From: Antechinus flavipes
Lineage: Eukaryota
Assembly (NCBI RefSeq): GCF_016432865.1
Contig: NC_067398.1
Location: 83,142,001 to 83,206,000 of the forward strand
Direction of reading: 5' to 3'
Length of the DNA stretch: 64,000 nt
Below, one piece after another: positions 61,184 through 64,000 of this stretch. A program made the position numbers and the translations under genes. Numbering within the stretch: the stretch's first letter is position 1; the number at the start of each line of letters is the position of its first letter. The notes under the pieces are model-generated. The model saw only the letters and a program-made list of their open reading frames with translations. It searched no databases and was not told where the DNA came from.

Positions 61184-62172
61184 ATAAGGCCCCATGGTAT
61201 ATGTGGCATATGGAATAAGGTATATGAATATGAGCTTTCGCTGACAATTCTCCAATGAGGAAACTGCCTCTCTCACAAAGTTGTCTAGGGCTTTGCCAAG
61301 GTTTGAGCTACTTGGTCAAGTTCACACAGCATATATATGTATCAAAAGCAGGATGGAACTCAAGTCTTCCTGCATCTGAGCCCAGCTCTACTCACTATGC
61401 AACACTGCCTCTCAGAGTGACACTCGAGGTCTTATGACAAGTCTTAAGGAGGAACTCTTAGCCTATGTATGTATTCCCTACAAACAACATTCCTAGTGCT
61501 GGAAATAAACCCAAGTTAAGTCCAAAGGTCATATCTAGGGTTGAAAGGGGGACCTCAGAAGCCATCTAGTCCCACTCCCTCATTTGACATGTTCAAAAAT
61601 GAGTCAAGAGAAGGTAAAAATGGGCAAACTTGAATCCAAATCCAGGTCCTCCAAGGCTCAAAGAAATTGCTCCGTTCTGGATTTCCACTTTACATTCATT
61701 CTTGAAGAATATATTTTAATGATCATAATAGCTCTCATTTCTATAATGTTTTAAGATAAGATTTTCTCACAACAATCTTATGAAGCACAAGGATTGGTTT
61801 TGCCCAATTTACTTATGGGAAAATGGGCTCATAGAAGTTACATGAGCTATTCAGGCTGCTACAATGTTGTAGCAAACACAATGTATTCAAACGCAGATCT
61901 TCTAGTTGGAAGAACTGGCCCCATTATACCAATAGAAAGTCTTCTTCCTAACCCCTAGTTCTAGTGTAACTGAGCTCCAAGGCCATACATAGTCTGGGAA
62001 CAAAGTGGGGGAGAAAATATGGATGAAAAGGGGAAGAAAAAAAGAAAAAGAAAAGGATGGGGAGGGCAGTGGTCACAATTCATTCTCTTCTTTCTCTATT
62101 CATGTCTTCTTTCTCTTCCCTCCTTCCTTTTCTCTTCCCCACTGATCGATCCTCTTTTTCAAATAATAGCAG

Positions 62173-62234
62173 AATCCCTGAGGAGCTATTGACTGATGCC
62201 CACGGAGTGGAGGGAGGGTCTTTAATGGGAAAAG
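62173..62234 (+). other. Candidate internal exon (62 nt)
   Basis: ~80-nt polypyrimidine tract, TAGCAG| tandem acceptor and AAG|GTAATT donor. One frame is open (IPEELLTDAHGVEGGSLMGK). No product recognised. Confidence 0.25.
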
Positions 62235-62899
62235 GTAATTATTTGCTGTACCCTAGGTACAAATGAATTAGAAGTGACTGTGGTTCAGAGTGAAACAAGG
62301 ATAGGTCAGGGATAGAGCTGAACTCTCCTTGATCACTGTGGAAGATGCAGATGCCGTCTCCCTTCCTCAACCTTTCATCCTTGCCTTAGAACCCAAGGAG
62401 CACATATATAGAGCTGGGATGGACTTTAAAAGTGCCAATCTACTCATTAAAATGAGTAATGGAGGACCCATAGCTAGCAAATAGTAAAGCCAGAATCTGA
62501 ACTGCAAACCCAATGTTCTTTCCACCTCTTTATCAATACTTCTTGTATGATTTTCAGACATAGTTGTCCCTAATTTTCTCATTATATTCCTCTCCCTGTT
62601 TTCCAATATCTCCTCCTATAAAGCTCCAGACCTAGGATATATAAGTTTTATTTGTCTTTCTCACCCACATCTCACCTTTTCTAACATAAAAGCAAGATCC
62701 TTGACCTCCATAAAACCTCGAGTGTCCCAACTGAGAAATGGGAACACAAAATGTTTTTTCTGGTAATAATCAGTCTCCCCCTTTAGCTTAATTAGGACCT
62801 AAGCATGGTTACGAGTGAAGCCATGATTCACTGTGTGAGAGACCCCAAAGCCAATCCTGACAACCTTTTCAGTTACTCCCATGGACTTCCTCTTCTCTT

Positions 62900-63250
62900 C
62901 TGTACCAGCAAGGCCTTCATCTTTGATTAACCTTCATCAGGCCCTGATCCTTCTGTTCTCCACATCCCACAGGCGTTGTTCCTCTCATCTCTGCTTTTTA
63001 AAATCCCTAGTTTCTTTCGAAGCTCAGTTTGAGTCACCTCCTTCTAGAAATCTATTCTGATCCTTTGAATTGCTGTTGTCTACCACTCCCATCCCCATTA
63101 CTTATATGTATATAGGTTGTCTCCCCTCAAGAGAATACAAGTCCCTTGAGAGTAAGTATGATTTCTTTCTCTTTTTTTTTTTTTAATCCTCAGGAACCAG
63201 GACAATGCCTGGTGCACAAATAGGTACTTAAAATGCTGAATGAATTAATT
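62900..63250 (+). mobile_element. L2 3' fragment
   Basis: 'ctcatctctgctttttaaaatccctagttttctttcgaagctcag...acaatgcctggtgcacaaataggtacttaaaatgctgaatgaattaa'. Confidence 0.7.
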
Positions 63251-63624
63251 CTTTCAGCACTTGTGGGCTCCTCCAGCAACATGTCCATTTACTCTCTTTG
63301 GTTCAGACTGGGAATCTCATTCCAGCTCTGCTCTACAAGATCTTACCTAAGACCCTCTTCTGAAGGCCTCAGTTGTCTTATCTATTAAATGAGGGGTGTA
63401 GAAGAATTAGTCTTCCAAAATCTTTTCTATTCTAATATTTTATGTTCTGTGGTCTAAGAATGCTTGAGTCTTCTTATTTGTTTCATTTTGTCCCCCTTCT
63501 CAGACCAAGGATCCTCTAAGCATAGGAACTGAATAGCCTTCCTTAGAGATTGTAGACACAAACTGAGGAAATCTGACCCTGGCAAAAGGGGGCCAGAAGG
63601 AACAGCATCCTCTTCAGATTAATT

Positions 63625-64000
63625 TATTTGTTCATCACCTGAAAATTGTCAGTTCATATACTCTGACCATTTATCAATTGAGGAATGACTTGTACTTTAT
63701 AAATTTGACATCATTCTTTATATATTTTAGAAATGAGACATTTATCAGAAACACTGGCTATAAAGATTTTTTCCCAGCTTTAAACTTTTAATCTTGTTTA
63801 TGTTGGTTTTGTTTGTGCAAAAACTTTTTTAATTTAATGTAATCAAAGTTGTCCATTTTGCCTTTCATAATGTTCTCTAGTTCTTCTTTGGTCATAAATT
63901 CCTCGCTCCTCCAAAGATCTGATAGGTAAATTATCCCTTGTTCTCCTCATTTGTTTCATCCTTTATGACCAAATCATATACCCATTTTGACCTTATTTTG
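63625..64000 (-). mobile_element. L1 ORF2 fragment (continues past the window end)
   Basis: T-rich reverse L1: 'ttttagaaatgagacatttatcagaaacactggctataaagattttttccc...tttgtttgtgcaaaaactttttt aatttaatgtaatcaaag...cccattttgaccttattttg'. Confidence 0.85.

Noticed and set aside
62890-63100. Acceptor-like 'ctgtaccag' with a long open frame as a possible third exon
   Set aside because: The sequence is the pyrimidine-rich sense strand of an L2 3' end, which commonly mimics acceptors.
1-64000. Possibility that the window contains the marsupial X-inactivation lncRNA RSX or a similar repeat-array lncRNA
   Set aside because: No multi-kilobase tandem array of short GC-rich units is present, and no flanking genes are visible to support that locus.

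Overview
This is non-coding marsupial genomic DNA, most likely from a dasyurid. The assignment is inferred from a WSINE1-type CORE-SINE, an OC1/OposCharlie-type hAT MITE, and MAR1/WALLSI SINE, RTE and marsupial L1 fragments. I recognise no protein-coding gene, tRNA, rRNA or CRISPR array. The supplied ORFs are microsatellite, low-complexity or gap read-throughs, or decayed LINE fragments (L2, CR1/L3, RTE, L1). Much of the window is interspersed repeat plus long GA/CT tracts. Eight N-gaps (8073-8286, 20730-20889, 22019-22223, 35633-35788, 36179-36311, 39963-40151, 47063-47386, 47466-47776) mostly sit in or beside simple repeats. The unique sequence between repeats looks regulatory: a small CpG island (~21.2-21.5 kb) with a nearby CTCF motif, a CNE-like block at ~38.1-38.45 kb, and several motif clusters. 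The most interesting signals are a 69-nt pre-miRNA-sized hairpin (52783-52851), a canonically spaced CCAAT/TATA/Inr promoter candidate with a possible first intron (61.0-62.2 kb), a perfect palindromic androgen/glucocorticoid response element with a second near-consensus site (15842-15898), and a tandem duplication carrying a 32-bp micro-inversion (7666-8379). I found no evidence of a new multi-gene system. Repeat family names come from my recollection of consensus sequences, not from a database search. Most repeat boundaries are approximate (about +/-30 bp or more).
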